From the NCBI GenBank assembly GCA_002269645.1, contig NIVC01001932.1, positions 1-51,163 of the forward strand: 51,163 nucleotides of DNA, in the 5' to 3' direction. The translations under genes and the position numbers were made by a program. Position 1 is the stretch's first letter; each line of letters starts with the position of its first letter. Shown piece after piece: positions 23,452 through 36,400 of this stretch. Below the pieces are notes generated by a model. The model was not told the origin of the DNA. It saw nothing but the letters and a program-made list of their open reading frames with translations, and made no database searches. This stretch comes from Macrostomum lignano. Lineage: Eukaryota.

Positions 23452-24435
23452 AGCTCCTACCTAATGAAAGAAGCTTTTGTGCGCCAGTTGGCAAGGTCTC
23501 GATGCGCATCCTTGTAAATCCGTGTTGTTATCTGCCTCAGGTAAGAGGCGGATCAGCCCCGAACGGGATAACCAGGACCAGCAGTTGCGCGCCTATCCGT
23601 TTCGCATTTCCCATCTCGCACCCTACCCTGACTGACTGGACTGGGCGACCTCCCCCGCCCCGGCCCTGACCTGGCTTTGCAATTATCGATTGGTCGGCTC
23701 CTGGGATGCGGCCCGAAAAAATACTTGGAGCTTTGGGGTGCCGAACAGGCCCGCCGTCTGCTTCTTCCAGCTGCAGATATTCTCGCTCGCTGCCGGCCCT
23801 TCGCGCGCTGTTCCAATTTTAGCTGCCTCGCGCGTACGGAAAGTGAAGCTGAACCGAAGAGGAGCGATGGTGGGTGCGAGACAGGGAGTTAGACAGGAAA
23901 GAATTGCTGGGCCGCTCCCCCAGCGACGGCAAACTTCGGCATTCCTTTCGCGTTGCCCGGCCGTCCGTAAAGGCCAACCAGGCGGGGCGCGCGAGCGCAA
24001 AACCTGTCTTGTCCAGCGCGGCCCATCCATCGGTTTTTGCTGGAAAACAGGGGATTGAAAGCCGGGAGAGGAAAGGCTAAATGGGAAGAATGAAAAGGGG
24101 ATGCATCGACGTTGCAGTATTTAACGGCGGCCGAAGCCCAATAACAAGAGTGAGAGAGAGTTTCAAGTGGAAGCAGTTTTTTCCTGCCACTGTTGCCCTT
24201 TCCTTTGTCCAGGCCCGCCTTCTCTTTCGCTGGTTCATTGTGGTTTTTGTTTCTCTCGTGATTTTTTCAACCAGACCTAGTAGCAACCGATTTTCGAATT
24301 TTCCTAGTAAGCCCTTAGTTTCAGTCAATCGTCCCAGTAGCTTTTTGTCGTTCTATCTCAACAAATTGCGTGTCTAATTTAATCTACTAATTTTGAAACA
24401 GCCGCAGCGAATCGACTGCAATAAGCACAGGTGGC

Positions 24436-27400
24436 ATGGCTTCGAGTCGCAGCTCTCGCATGGAGGCCTCGTCTTCTTCGTCCTATTCGGCGCGCGGAAT
24501 TTACCGCGGCCTGTCGCCGGCGAGTCAGAACCGCCTCGAGGTGAGCCACACGCAGGGGGGCACTTGGCTAGTCCTATTTACTAAACTGCTCGCTAAAAGA
24601 TTTTATAGACTAAAATCAGATGGCTTTTAATTGAAGTTCTTCGCTTTTTGAGGCAGTCTTTTCGAGGTTGCACAACCACTGGTCCATTCTAGTACCCATA
24701 AAAGTATGATAAAGTAGCTGTAACACTTATTCTATTTATTAAACCAGTGAACTTTATAAGAATCCATCTCTCCAATCCAACTTTCAGTCACGCATCAAGG
24801 AGCTCGAAGATCTGCTGGAGATGGAGCGCGATGGACGCAGTAGGGTACGTTGTGAGGCATCGTGTCAGCTAATTTTCTACAGTATGCTGACTTAAGATTT
24901 AGTCAGCAAGACCATTCGTGAAAGCTGTTGTCGTAAAACTTTCAACAATATCAGACCATGAAGTACAGCATGTACTTCCAGACTTTGTTTTATCTATCTA
25001 GTCTACCTAAAGATGCGAAGGTTTGAAGAAGAAAAGGAATTCAATTCTTGAGCCCAACTCAACTCGTCCAGGCCGAGCGCAACATGAACGACTACGCCAA
25101 CCAGCTCGACGCGGCCAACGAACGTCTTGACGAGGCCGGCGGCATGAGCAGCCAGGCCCAGGAGATGCTTCGCCGGCGAGACCAGGAGGTTCAGAAGCTC
25201 AAGAAAGACCTGGAGAACGCCAACAGTCAGCTGGAGTCCTTGGAGCAGACGGTGAAGAAGAAGTACACGGTGACCATCACGGAGCTGACTGGCGAGCTGG
25301 AGAACGCCAACAAGCAGAAGAGTCGCGCTGAGAAAGAGAAGTCCAACCTGCTGATTGAGATCGACAATCTGGCAAGCCAGGTGGATCAGGCCATGAAGGC
25401 TAAGGTACGCACCATGCCTGCTGCATGGAAATATTGCTTAATTATTGCCTAACGTTTTATGAGCCGACGTCATAATGTACACTCAGCTACATAGAATGAT
25501 TGACTACTGGTATACCGTCATGTGAATGGCTCACCCACGCAAGTGCCGTCCTTAATGCTCTTAGTGACGTCATGACTTTCAGCATATCCCCAAAAACCTT
25601 CCAGGCCTCTTTCGAATCGAAGTACGAGTCTGCCGAGACGCAGCTGACGCGGCTGCGCAGCCAGAACGACGAGCTGACGGCCCAGTCGCGCAGCCTCCAC
25701 GAGGCCCAGAGCCGTCTGCAGACTGAAAACGTCGATCTGCAGCGCGTGGCTCACGAATACGAGACGCAGGCGGCCACGCTGAGCAAGGCCAAGTCGTCGC
25801 TGCAGAGCCAGGTGGACGATCTCAAGAAGAGTTTGGATGAGGAGACGCGGGTAAGAATATTATTGTTGCAGGAATTCTTAAAAGATAGATTCGAATCCAG
25901 CTTCCCCTTCCTCCACCCGCTTGCAGTCGCGCAACAACCTGCAGGCGCAGCTGATGACACTGCAGCAGGACTACTATGCTGTGCAGTCCAAGTACGAGGA
26001 GGAGAGCGAAGCCGCCGGCAACCTGCGCACCCAGGTGTCCAAGCTGAACGCCGATTTGGCCTCCCTGAAATCCAAGTTCGACCGGGAGCTGACGGTCAAG
26101 CTGGAGGAGTACGAGGAGATCAGGTTGGTGCTTAGAGACTATTTATTAACTGCGAGCTCAAACTTGAGAACAGTCCTTGTTTCAATACCCCCTCGCCCCA
26201 AAGGCGCAAGCTGACCATCCGCATCACGGAGCTGGAGGACATCTCCGAGCGCGAGCGCACCCGCGCCGGAAACCTGGAGAAGACCAAGCAGAAGCTCACG
26301 CTGGAGATCAAGGAGCTTCAGGGCGACATCGACGCCCTGCAGGCGGCCAACCAGGAGTTGGCTTCGCGCGCCAAGCAGGCCGAGAGCACCGTCAACCAGC
26401 TGACCATCCGCTGCGACGAGCTCTCGTCTGAGAACTCCTCGCTGAGCTCCACCAACCAGGGACTGCAGGCGGACAACGCCAAGCTCAAGAAGGACCTGCA
26501 GAGCGCCGAGGACAAGCGAGCCGCCCTAGAGCGGGAGAACAGTCAGCTGAGCAGCCAGCTTAAGGAGGCCAACAGCGCCAACCGGGACCTGACCCGCCGC
26601 CTGAACGACTCCGAGGCCATGCGCTCCCAGTTCCAGGCCGAGCGCGACTCGCTGGCCTCGTCTCTGCGCGACGCCGAGGAGGCGCTGCGCGAGCTGGAGC
26701 AGAAGTACCAGCAGACCACGCAGGCCCTCGCCTCGCTCAAGACCGAGCTGGAGGCCAAGCTGAATGAGAAGGAGGCCGAGCTGGAGAGCCTGCGCAAGTC
26801 CAGTCAGCGCACCATCGAGGAGCTGCACGTGACCATCACCGAGATCGAGTCCAAGTACAAGGGCGAGATCAGCCGCACCAAGAAGAAGTACGAGGCCCTG
26901 GCCGCGGACCTGGAGGGCCAGATTGACAACCTGGGTCGCATGAACGCCGGCCTGGCTAAGGACAACAAGGGCCTGCAGAGCCGCGTGCACGAGCTCGAGA
27001 CCTACCTTGAGGAGGAGCGTCGGGCTCACGATGCTACTCAAGTGAGTGGCTTGGATGATTCATTGATTCATTGATTTTCTGAATTTATTGCTGTGCCATG
27101 ATATAGAGTTCAGTAAGTTTAGCCGACCTTCTGTTTGCATTAGCTGGCTCGCCATCTTCTGACCCTAATAGCCCAAACCCTAATTAGAGCTAACTTTATT
27201 ATCACACTATGCAAGAGGCATAAAGTTAAAAAATCATAAAAATCCCACTTAAAAATCGCTAAACATCGTTAAACATCGACAGACCAAATAGAGTGTAGTC
27301 CAAAATAAACAGAATGCTTGGTAACTAAACGCCATCTGAACCCGCCCACCCGGCCGCAGAGCAACTTGGCCGCCTGCGAGAAGCGCCGCGCTGCCGCCCA

Positions 27401-29819
27401 GGGTGAGCTCGACGAGGCCCGCGGCCTGAAGGAGGCGGCCGAGCGGAAGGCGAAGGCGGCCGAGGCGGAGGCGGCGGAGGCCACCGGACGGCTGGGCGAC
27501 CTGCAGGCGCAGATGCAGTCGCTTAGCAACGACAAGCGCCGGCTGGAGGCGGAGGCGGCCGCCGCGCAGGCTGAGATCGACGACGCGCACAACGGCCGGC
27601 TGGCCGAGGCTGACCGGGCCAACCGGCTGGCCGGGGAGGCGCAGCGCCTGGCCGACGAGCTGCGGCTGGAGCAGGAGAACTACAAGAATGCGGAGAGCCT
27701 GCGCAAGCAGCTCGAGGTGAGGGACTGGGGGCCTCTTTATTAGCGGAATTAAGCATTTCAACAAAGAAAGATTTCATAACCCGAAATGTACATTCAGAAA
27801 GACGGAGTTCTATTTTTTAGGAGTTAGTGTATTTTCAGCAAAGCTGCTAGTGTATGGTTCTATTTTTAGCAACACAAGTGTACAATAACAAAATGACGCT
27901 ATGTTATGGTTCTATTTTTAGCAACACAAGTGTACATTAACAAAATGACGCTATATGTGCAAACACGATTCAGAATGATTAAAATTATTTTATATATATT
28001 TCTAAATGTCTAGCATAAAATACAGGCCGGATTAAATTAACAAGTTTATTTCAACCCCATATGTGATTTCCCAATCGCCAAGGTTGAGATTCGCGAGATC
28101 ACGGTGAAGCTGGAGGAGGCGGAGGCTTTCGCCACCCGCGAAGGCCGCCGGATGGTGAGCAAGCTGCAGGGCCGGGTTCGCGACCTGGAGGCCGAGCTGG
28201 ACCAGGAGCAGCGTAAGGCCAAGGATGCTCAGGCGGCGTCGCGCAAGTTCGAGCGCCAGGCCAAGGAGGCGGTGTCGCAGACCGAGGAGGAGCGCAGGAT
28301 GAACATGGAGCTGCAGGACCTGCTGGACAAGACCCAGCTGAAGCTCAAGACCTACAAGCGCCAGATTGAGGAGTCGGTGAGTGATTGCGGATGCCCCATG
28401 GTTAGAAACTCTTAGAAACTGGCCAGAGCATAATAAACTACGCGCGATTGGGAGGCCAATAAAATTCGGACTGATAAACGGATCGGGCAGTATATGCGCG
28501 TGTAGCGGTCAGGGGATACGATATGGAGGATCACCAAAGTGGATTTTCTGGCAAGATCGAGGGAGGAGGTAACGGGAGCGGGAAATTTCATTCTTTGGTT
28601 CTTTGGCCTCTCACAGTTTTGCTGTTGCCTTCGCGCCCCAGCCCCATGTATCCTGTCCGCACGGAAGCCGCTCTGCAGCTGCAGTTTCCTGTTTTCTTCT
28701 TCTGCAAATCCGAAGACGCATTGCTTTGCCTTCGATCTGTGCAGCCCGTGCGTCTCCGCTTCACTCTCAGCCGGCTCCCCCAGTCTCTCCCCCGCCCCTG
28801 ATGCGGCTTGGAAATGTCAGGGAGAAGAAGAGAGGATGCGGGCGCAGCATTCAGTATTGATTCCGCCTGCATGCCTGCCTGGCTGGAGGCTGGAGGCGGC
28901 CCCATCGCCCCATACCCCACGATCCCATTATTGGTCGGAGCGCCAATTATGGAAATCGCCAAGTGCCGCGCAATGCGGTGCCCTTCACTGTGATCTGCCG
29001 TGCGTGGCTGCATCTGCGAGCAAAGTGGAGTTCGACGCGGATGCGGAGTGGTCGGTAGCAACAGCTGTTGTTTACTGCGACCGGAACTGAATTAACCCCC
29101 CTCCAGCTGCCAATGCGTGCCAATGTCAATGCCTGCGGGTTGCCTTTCTTACTGGAATTTCTTCAATGCAAATCCAATGAATCAAAGCTATAAAGGAAGC
29201 CGATGCGGGTTCACTGGATGCTCGTGGAATTGGAAAGTCGTGCACTATGCTCTGAACAAATATTTCAACAAAGATGCCGACCAAAGGCCCCGCGTTGCTT
29301 TGTTTCTAACTACAAGTGCTGTTAAAAGCTACTCGGACATGTCTGCACTCGTGAAGGCCGCAACTGAAACTGAAGGCCTTCAAAAATAGACTTTTCTTGG
29401 AAACAATCCGTCTCGCAGATTTTTTTGATCACAGGGGGCTGCTGTGTGATCGTGTACCTCCAAACATGTATGCTCAGAGGTCGGGATTGGGCATGGCTGC
29501 TTGCCTCTTCGCTGGCTGCGGGTTGACTTTCGATTTGACTCACAAATCCACCCAGGTGGCTCTATAGCGATCCTGGAGCCAAAGTTTATGACCTTCCGCT
29601 GTCACTCCACCCCCTCTGCAGGAGGAAATCTCGGCCATCGCCATGACGAAGTACCGCAAGGCGCAGCAGCAGATCGAGGAGGCGGAGCACCGGGCCGACC
29701 TGGCCGAGCGCACCATGTCCAGCCGGCGCGGCAGCAGCACTGTGATCCGGTCGGTCAGCGTTGCCAGGGAAATGAGCTCCAGCAGGCGCGTGGGTGCGAG
29801 GGCCACCAGCATCATGTGA
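24436..29819 (+). CDS. Prm: Paramyosin, about 874 aa
   Basis: Exons 24436-24540 (..[14 protein letters not shown]), 24788-24844 ([14 protein letters not shown]), 25072-25404, 25605-25850, 25927-26123, 26204-27041, 27360-27716, 28083-28376, 29622-29819 ([41 protein letters not shown]). All GT-AG and in phase; colinear with remembered schistosome paramyosin; no myosin head. Confidence 0.97.
27860..27921. promoter_or_regulatory. Two consensus MEF2 sites in paramyosin intron 7
   Basis: CTATTTTTAG at 27860-27869 and 27912-27921 (consensus CTA(A/T)4TAG), carried by a 52-bp tandem duplication 27853-27953. Confidence 0.55.
28925..28952. promoter_or_regulatory. Paired CArG boxes (SRF sites) in paramyosin intron 8
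   Basis: CCATTATTGG (28925-28934) and CCAATTATGG (28943-28952), both CC(A/T)6GG; CAGCTG E-boxes at 28676, 29062 and 29104. Confidence 0.55.
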
Positions 29820-29964
29820 TTAGCTGATGTCGCGGTTTGAACGCGCGATGAAGAGAGAGACAGAGAGCTGACAGAGGCCGGGGACAAAGAATTCAAGGGG
29901 TGGTCAGCCAATCAGAGAGTGCAGAAGACAAGCCGCCACCTCTTTTTTAACCAATGAGAGGGGC

Positions 29965-30165
29965 TGAGGTGCCAGCCAATAAGAATAGATAACAGGTTAG
30001 GGGTAGCAGCTGGCAAATAAAACAGATAACGGGGTAAGGGATTGAAGGGGTAGGCAGCTAGCCAATAAAAATAGATAACGGGGTGGGGGTTGAAGGGGTA
30101 GGCAGCTAGCCAATAAAAATAGATAACGGGGTAGGGATTGAAGGGGTAAGCAGCTAGCCAGTAAA
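29965..30165 (+). repeat. About 48-bp tandem repeat with candidate paramyosin poly(A) signals
   Basis: About 4 units like gccaataaaaatagataacggggtagggattgaaggggtaggcagcta; AATAAA at 30016, 30064 and 30112. Confidence 0.75.
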
Positions 30166-31456
30166 AATCGGGGATGGTTTCTCGACCTCTGGCTAGCTCA
30201 TCTCTCGAATAGACAAACTCAAATGAATTATGGTGACTGATTGCTTCTATTGTCAGTTTTGCTTCTATTGTCAGTCCGATGCTGCTCGGAGTCGGTCCAG
30301 CTTCCCTCGCCTTCGCGCACCAGTTGTTGGTCGGTCTGTTGTTCCCTTTCGAATCTGGCATTGCTTCCTCTGCAAACTTTTTATAGTGTAAAAATCTGCA
30401 TAGACTGTTCGCTCCACCCTACTGGAGTTTACTAACCAGTAGTAAGACAGGCAAGTGTGACTCGTGCTATTAACTGTAGCAAAAGTTTAGCAAAAAATAT
30501 TTGAATCGACTGTTTGATTTCGCGCCCTCTTTAGTCTAAGCTGGCGAGTATAAGGAGACAGCCCCACGACTCGAAGGCTGTGGCGGGTCTTTGTGCAACC
30601 ACTCTTTGTCATTAATCCTTTCCGACTAACTTTTGGCTTCCACTTTTGCTCCGACTTTCGCAGCGCTGTTGTCCCGCTGAGAGGACAAGCAATGCCCCTC
30701 TGCTCTTGATGAGCTCGCACTTGAAGCAAAGCGACAAAGACTTCATCGGGCCAATCTAGAGCTAATTGCAGCCCCATCAAAATTGCCGGGGGTCGCGCGC
30801 ACACAAAGAGCTGGGGGATCAACCACAAAGACCGCGGACGGCTAACCGATGGTTTGTGATAGCGAAATCCCCATTCTGCGCTTCATGTAGTGTAGAAGAC
30901 GCCCTCCTCGCTTCAAACTAATTTTAACTGCTTTCTGCAGTGTCTTGTCTGCCTTCGAGAGTTCACACGAGTCATAATGCCAGCATCCATCGTTTCTATC
31001 TGCACTGATATGTAGACTATTCAACAAAGTAGATCCCTTTATTAATTGCTACTATACCAATATGCCACTCGATTTGCTTGCAGCATTGCAGTAGTCAATA
31101 TTCTAATTTGCTCGACACGGCACCCAACTTTTTTTGTTTTTATTCACAGCCCCCAGCTAACTAGCGGCTTTGCGCGCTTCCTTTGGCATCTCCGGTCATT
31201 GCTTGCCCCCTAGAAAAGCTCCGACAATATCCGGCTGGCAACAAGAACGGCTCGCAGCGGCAAGGAAACCGCTTACTCGCTTCATATTTTGTTGTAACGC
31301 CGCAGTCCCTTATTAGTCAGCCTAGCGCAAGTATTGCCGCAACCAAAATACATAGCTTTAATAAATTCAAATATGCGCTGCACTCACTTGTGCTGAATAT
31401 GGCGCGACTGCCCAGACTTCCAACTTTGCACTGAATTGGATTTGCGAGTGACAAAT

Positions 31457-31731
31457 GGCCTGTGACACACCAGTTGGAGGGCCTGTGACACACCAGTTGG
31501 AGGGCCTGTGACACATCAGTTGGAGGGCCTGTGACACATCAGTTGGAGGGCCAGTGACACACCAGTTGGAGGGCCAGTGACACATCAGTTGGAGGGCCTG
31601 TGACACACCAGTTGGAGGGCCAGTGACACACCAGTTGGAGGGCCAGTGACACATCAGTTGGAGGGCCAGTGACACACCAGTTGGAGGGCCAGTGACACAC
31701 CAGTTGGAGGGCCTGTGACACACCAGTTGGA
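31457..31731. repeat. 23-bp minisatellite
   Basis: About 12 copies of gcc(t/a)gtgacaca(c/t)cagttggagg. Confidence 0.95.
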
Positions 31732-32896
31732 GGGAAAAGATCGCAGTCAGTGACAGGCCATGAGACAATGAAGAAAGGCAACACAAAAGACAAAGGCGGC
31801 GGTTAAGATGGTGAATTGCCATTGGACATTTGGAGTGCCTGCGCAAACTCAGCATTAAATTAGCTTATTTATTTGCAAACGAAACAGACAGAAGGGTCTA
31901 AAATCAAATCTGCTCATTCAAAGCAAGTTTATGCTTTGTTTATGTTGATTCAATTCACGTGCAGACCAGAGCGCAGGTAACATCCCACATTATTAAACGT
32001 ATATAATTTGAAGGTGGTTTAACACTCAGCGTTCGCTCAACAATGCAGGTATTCGCTCGAGTTAATCAGTGGGCAATAAATTAAAAAGCAATTTCCGACA
32101 GGGAGCGCACAACACATTTAGAAAACAAATTATTAATAAATATTATGATAACCGCAGGACACGTGCAGGCAGTAGCTAGCAAAGCTGTTTTTTAAATTAG
32201 AATTGCAAGCTACTTACAGTAGTTAATAAGTAGCGTGCAACAATATAGTAGGAAGTAACAACAGAAAAACCGTTTGAATAATATTTAACAATAGTTAATT
32301 ACTAAAAAATTATAGGACTACAGAATAATCGAAGCGCGCCCGCCAGCGCCTACTTACAGTAGCAGAAGTTTGATGTAATAAAAAAACGCGTTTAAAACAA
32401 TCATTGTGTATAAAAACGGTTTGTTAACATTAGCAGCAAACAGGCAAAGCAGTTTTTACGTATCGGACGAGGGCGGGAATTCGCAGAAAAATAGAAGGAT
32501 GAGAAAATAAAACCGCATGTACAGGTGCATTACAAACTACCGCTCGTATAAATAGGATTGGGTGAGACCAAATACACAGACACACACGTATTGCAACACA
32601 AATAGGCGATATTTTCGCGCGCTGTCTACTATGAGTAGGCACAACTACACGGGGAGTTTTCTGGCTAAATTCTAGCCGTGAATAACAAAATTAATAGCAG
32701 CAATGAAGCGAATAAAACACGGGGCCGGAGCTGCAGGGAATTCGATTTCGAAATGAGACGAATGCCAATGGGGGAATACAACTGGGGGACTAGCTGGGGG
32801 ATAAAACACCGCCTTTGCAAAGCAGAAGACAGTGGCGAGATACAGAATGTAAAGAACCAACAAAGTTTCAGGATGCATTTCAGCAAACTTTTGGTT

Positions 32897-33306
32897 AGAT
32901 TAGCAATCCTTTCTATTCATCCGTACCTGATTGGCTAGATTAGCAATCCATTATATTCCTTCGTACCTGATGGGCTAGATTAGCAATCCATTATATTCCT
33001 TCGTACCTGATGGGCTAGATTAGCAATCCATTATATTCCTTCGTACCTGATGGGCTAGATTAGCAATCCATTATATTCCTTCGTACCTGATAGGCTAGAT
33101 TAGCAATCCATTCCATTCCTTCGTACCTGATTGGCTAGATTAGCAATCCATTTTATTCCTTCGTACCTGATTGACTAGATTAGCAATCCATTCCATTACT
33201 TCGTACCTGATTGGCCAGATTAGCAATCCATTCCATTACTTCGTACCTGATTGGCCAGATTAGCAATCCATTCCATTACTTCGTACCTGATTGGCCAGAT
33301 TAGCAA
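32897..33306. repeat. 40-bp minisatellite just downstream of the ADD gene stop
   Basis: About 10 copies of tagcaatccatt(at/cc)att(c/a)cttcgtacctgat(g/t)ggctagat. Confidence 0.95.
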
Positions 33307-33423
33307 CAGCTTACTTAACATTATTAATAGAAAACTTAGCACTATTTGCGATTTGATATGCGCGCATCCTACTTCAAGTAGTAGTCCCGCGTCGGAGACG
33401 CCAAAAAGCTACTGGCAACTGTC

Positions 33424-36400
33424 TCAAGCTGTGACGGACGAAGGCGGCGTCTCAAGACTGCCGGGCGACTGCGGCCGCGACCGCTTGTGCGCCGGCTCGT
33501 CATCATCGTCCTGATCGGCGTCTGCTGCGTCGGGATCTTCAGCGCGGCATCGCTTGACGGAGCCGCCGCCATCCCCGTTGTCACCCCGGCCAGCTTCCTC
33601 GCCCAGTGTCGCCCACAGCGGCTCGAACTGGTCGCCATCTGCCGCGGCTACAGCGGCAACCGCGGCGGCGACATCCGCGGCGGCAGCGTCGGCGCTGTCG
33701 AACGGCTCGTCGGAGCCACGATCGCTGGTGGGAGCCTCCGTGCCGTTGTTGGCGTCGCCAGGAGCTTCGCCGACATCGGCGCGAGCCTCACCGACATCCT
33801 CGGGAGCCTCGCCCACATCTTCAAGTGCGTCGCCAACATCGTTAGGAGCGTCGCCAGCATCGCCGGGAGCATCGTCGGGAGCAGCGTCGGCCTCCATGCC
33901 ATACGCCGCTTCGCCAGCCCCATCGTCGCCATTTTCGTTCATCGCCGCCGCCTTTGGCATCGCCGAATCGTCGGCGCCGTTTCCGTAGTCGACGTCGGCG
34001 TCCTCGCCGATGCCGTTGCTGTTGCTGCCAGTTTCGGCTTCGTCGTCACCGTCGCCGAGGGCGATTCGCCGATTGGTGGCGGGCAGGGTGATCTTCCTCG
34101 GCTGGCTCTTCTTCCTCGACTTCGACGTGGCGACCGACGCAGCGCCCGCGGAAGCCTCGGCCTCGCGCTGCCGCCGCTTCGCCAGGAGCTCCGCAATGCC
34201 GTCCGCCCCGGCAGAGCACGAGGCCTCCTCGTCGCTCAGCACAACAATGTCGCCTTCGCCGCCGGCTTCAACCGACTCGCCACCGCTGACAATGGCGACG
34301 CCGGACGCGGCAGCCGCGGCGGCGGCTTCGGAGTCCCTGCGGGCCTGGTTCTGCCGCTCGATCATCTCCCGGATGTTGCGGTTCAGCTCGGGCAGCAGCT
34401 CGGCGATGGGGATCGCCTGGTTCTGCGCGTCCATCACTGTCTTGCTGGCGGTGCCAGGCAGCTGCAGCGCCGCCGCGGCAGCCATCGTTGACGCCGAGGA
34501 CTGCGGCAGCACGGAGGCCAGGGAGAGGCCGGCCGGCTTCGGCGTGGCGGCGGCGGCTCCGGCTGGCGCGGCCTTGCGCACTGAGTGGCGGTCCTGCTCG
34601 GCAATGAGGCTGCGCAGCTTGCCCAGGCGCAGGAACAGGTGCATCCGGTAGGCGCTCTTGAATCGGGACACCACCTGGGCCCGGTCCTGGTTGGTCCTGT
34701 GTTCGGGGAGACGGGGTTATGCGGGGTCAGGTTAAGTCAATCAAACGTCAATTTTGTATATTTGAAGTTACTTTTGAGTTTTTAACGTTCGAAAAAAGTC
34801 ATAAAGGAGAGCAAGCCCTAGCATGGAAATTCCCTGCAAGGAGAATCAACACTCATATGGAAATTCCCCACAAGGAGAATCCACCCTCCTATGGAAATTC
34901 CCCACAAGGAGAATCAACACTCCTATGGAAATTCCCTGCAAGGAAAATCCACCCTCCTATGGAAATTCATCAAAGAGAATCCACCGTCATGGAAATCTCA
35001 CTAAAATCCCCCAAGCAAAAGAATTCCCCCAAAATACCCCCAGCCAGCGAACTGACCTGACCGCGGCCAGATCGTGCAGCAGGCGGCTGTACTGGCGCAT
35101 CATGCCCTGCAGCAGGGTGACCGTGGCATTGAGCGCCGGGCCAATGTTATAAGTGTTCACGGACTCGATATCGGCCAGGATGGACTCGATGCGGACGTTC
35201 TTCTTGTACCACTGCTCCGTCATCACCGCACTGCTGCCAGCTGCCGCCATTGCGCGCTGCCTCTGCTGCAGCTGCTGCTGCTGCTGTTGTTGCAATTTCT
35301 GCAGCTGTTGAAGCTGCTGCTGCTGCTGGCGCTGCAGAGCCAACTGGGAGGAGCCGGCGGCAGCCGGCAGCCGCGGCACGGACTGGGCGAAGCGCTGCTG
35401 CTGCTGCATGAGAAGCTGCTGCCGCTGTCGCTGCTGCTGCTGCTGCTTGCTGAGGCCTCCAGATATCACCCCGGCTGTGGTTGCCATCGCCGCTGTGGTG
35501 CCGGGCAGCCTGGGCACCGAGCTCATGTCCAGCTTCAGGCCCATGAAGCCGCCTGCTGGCACTGCTGAAGCTGCCCCCTGGCGCTGTTGAAGCCTCTGCT
35601 GCTGCTGCTGCTTTTGCTGCTGCAGTTTCAGCTGCTGGTGCTGTTGCTGCTTGCGGCTGCGTGCCGCCTCGGTGCTGTACTTATCACGCACCGCCTGCAT
35701 GACAACCCGGGCCTCCGTCTGCGGGTGGGGCAGGGAGAGTTGAGTTGGCTGTTGGGGAATGACTGGAGAGAGGGGCGACGGCCCAGCAACTGGGGACTTG
35801 AGAGGCTGGCCCAGCAACTGACACTCTGGGAGGCTGGCCCAGCAACTGACACTCTGGGAGGCTGGCCCAGCAACTGACACTCTGGGAGGCTGGCCCAGCA
35901 ACTGACACTTTGGGAAGCTGGCACAGCAACTGAAAATCTGGGAGGCTGGCCCAGCAAATGAGGATCTGAGAGCTAGTTGCTGAAGCAGAGAGTGCTGACC
36001 CGAGCCGAGGATAAGAAATGCCGAGCTCACCTGCAGTTCCAGCAGCGGCGCAGAGTCGCACATGTAGCAGCTCCAGACGGCATCGTCGGGCAGCTCCTCA
36101 ACGCTTTGCAGCGCCGAGCGGCCGAGGTTCCTGCGGATGCAGGACTTGCAGAAGGAGTGCTGGCAGCGGTCGCAGCAGATCAGGGAGCCGCCCTCGCCGC
36201 ACCAGCGGCACTGGTTCTCCTTGCCGTCGTGGTCGATGTCAAACTGGCCGGTGCGATAAAACTTGTAGCAGCGCTGACAGACCAGCACGCTGAGCATGGG
36301 GTGCAGCTGCATGGTGCCGTTGTAGGGGTTCACCCGCTTGCCGCAGGCGGTGCACTTCACCGTGTCGTAGATGCCGGGCGCCGACACCGGGGAGGTGTGC

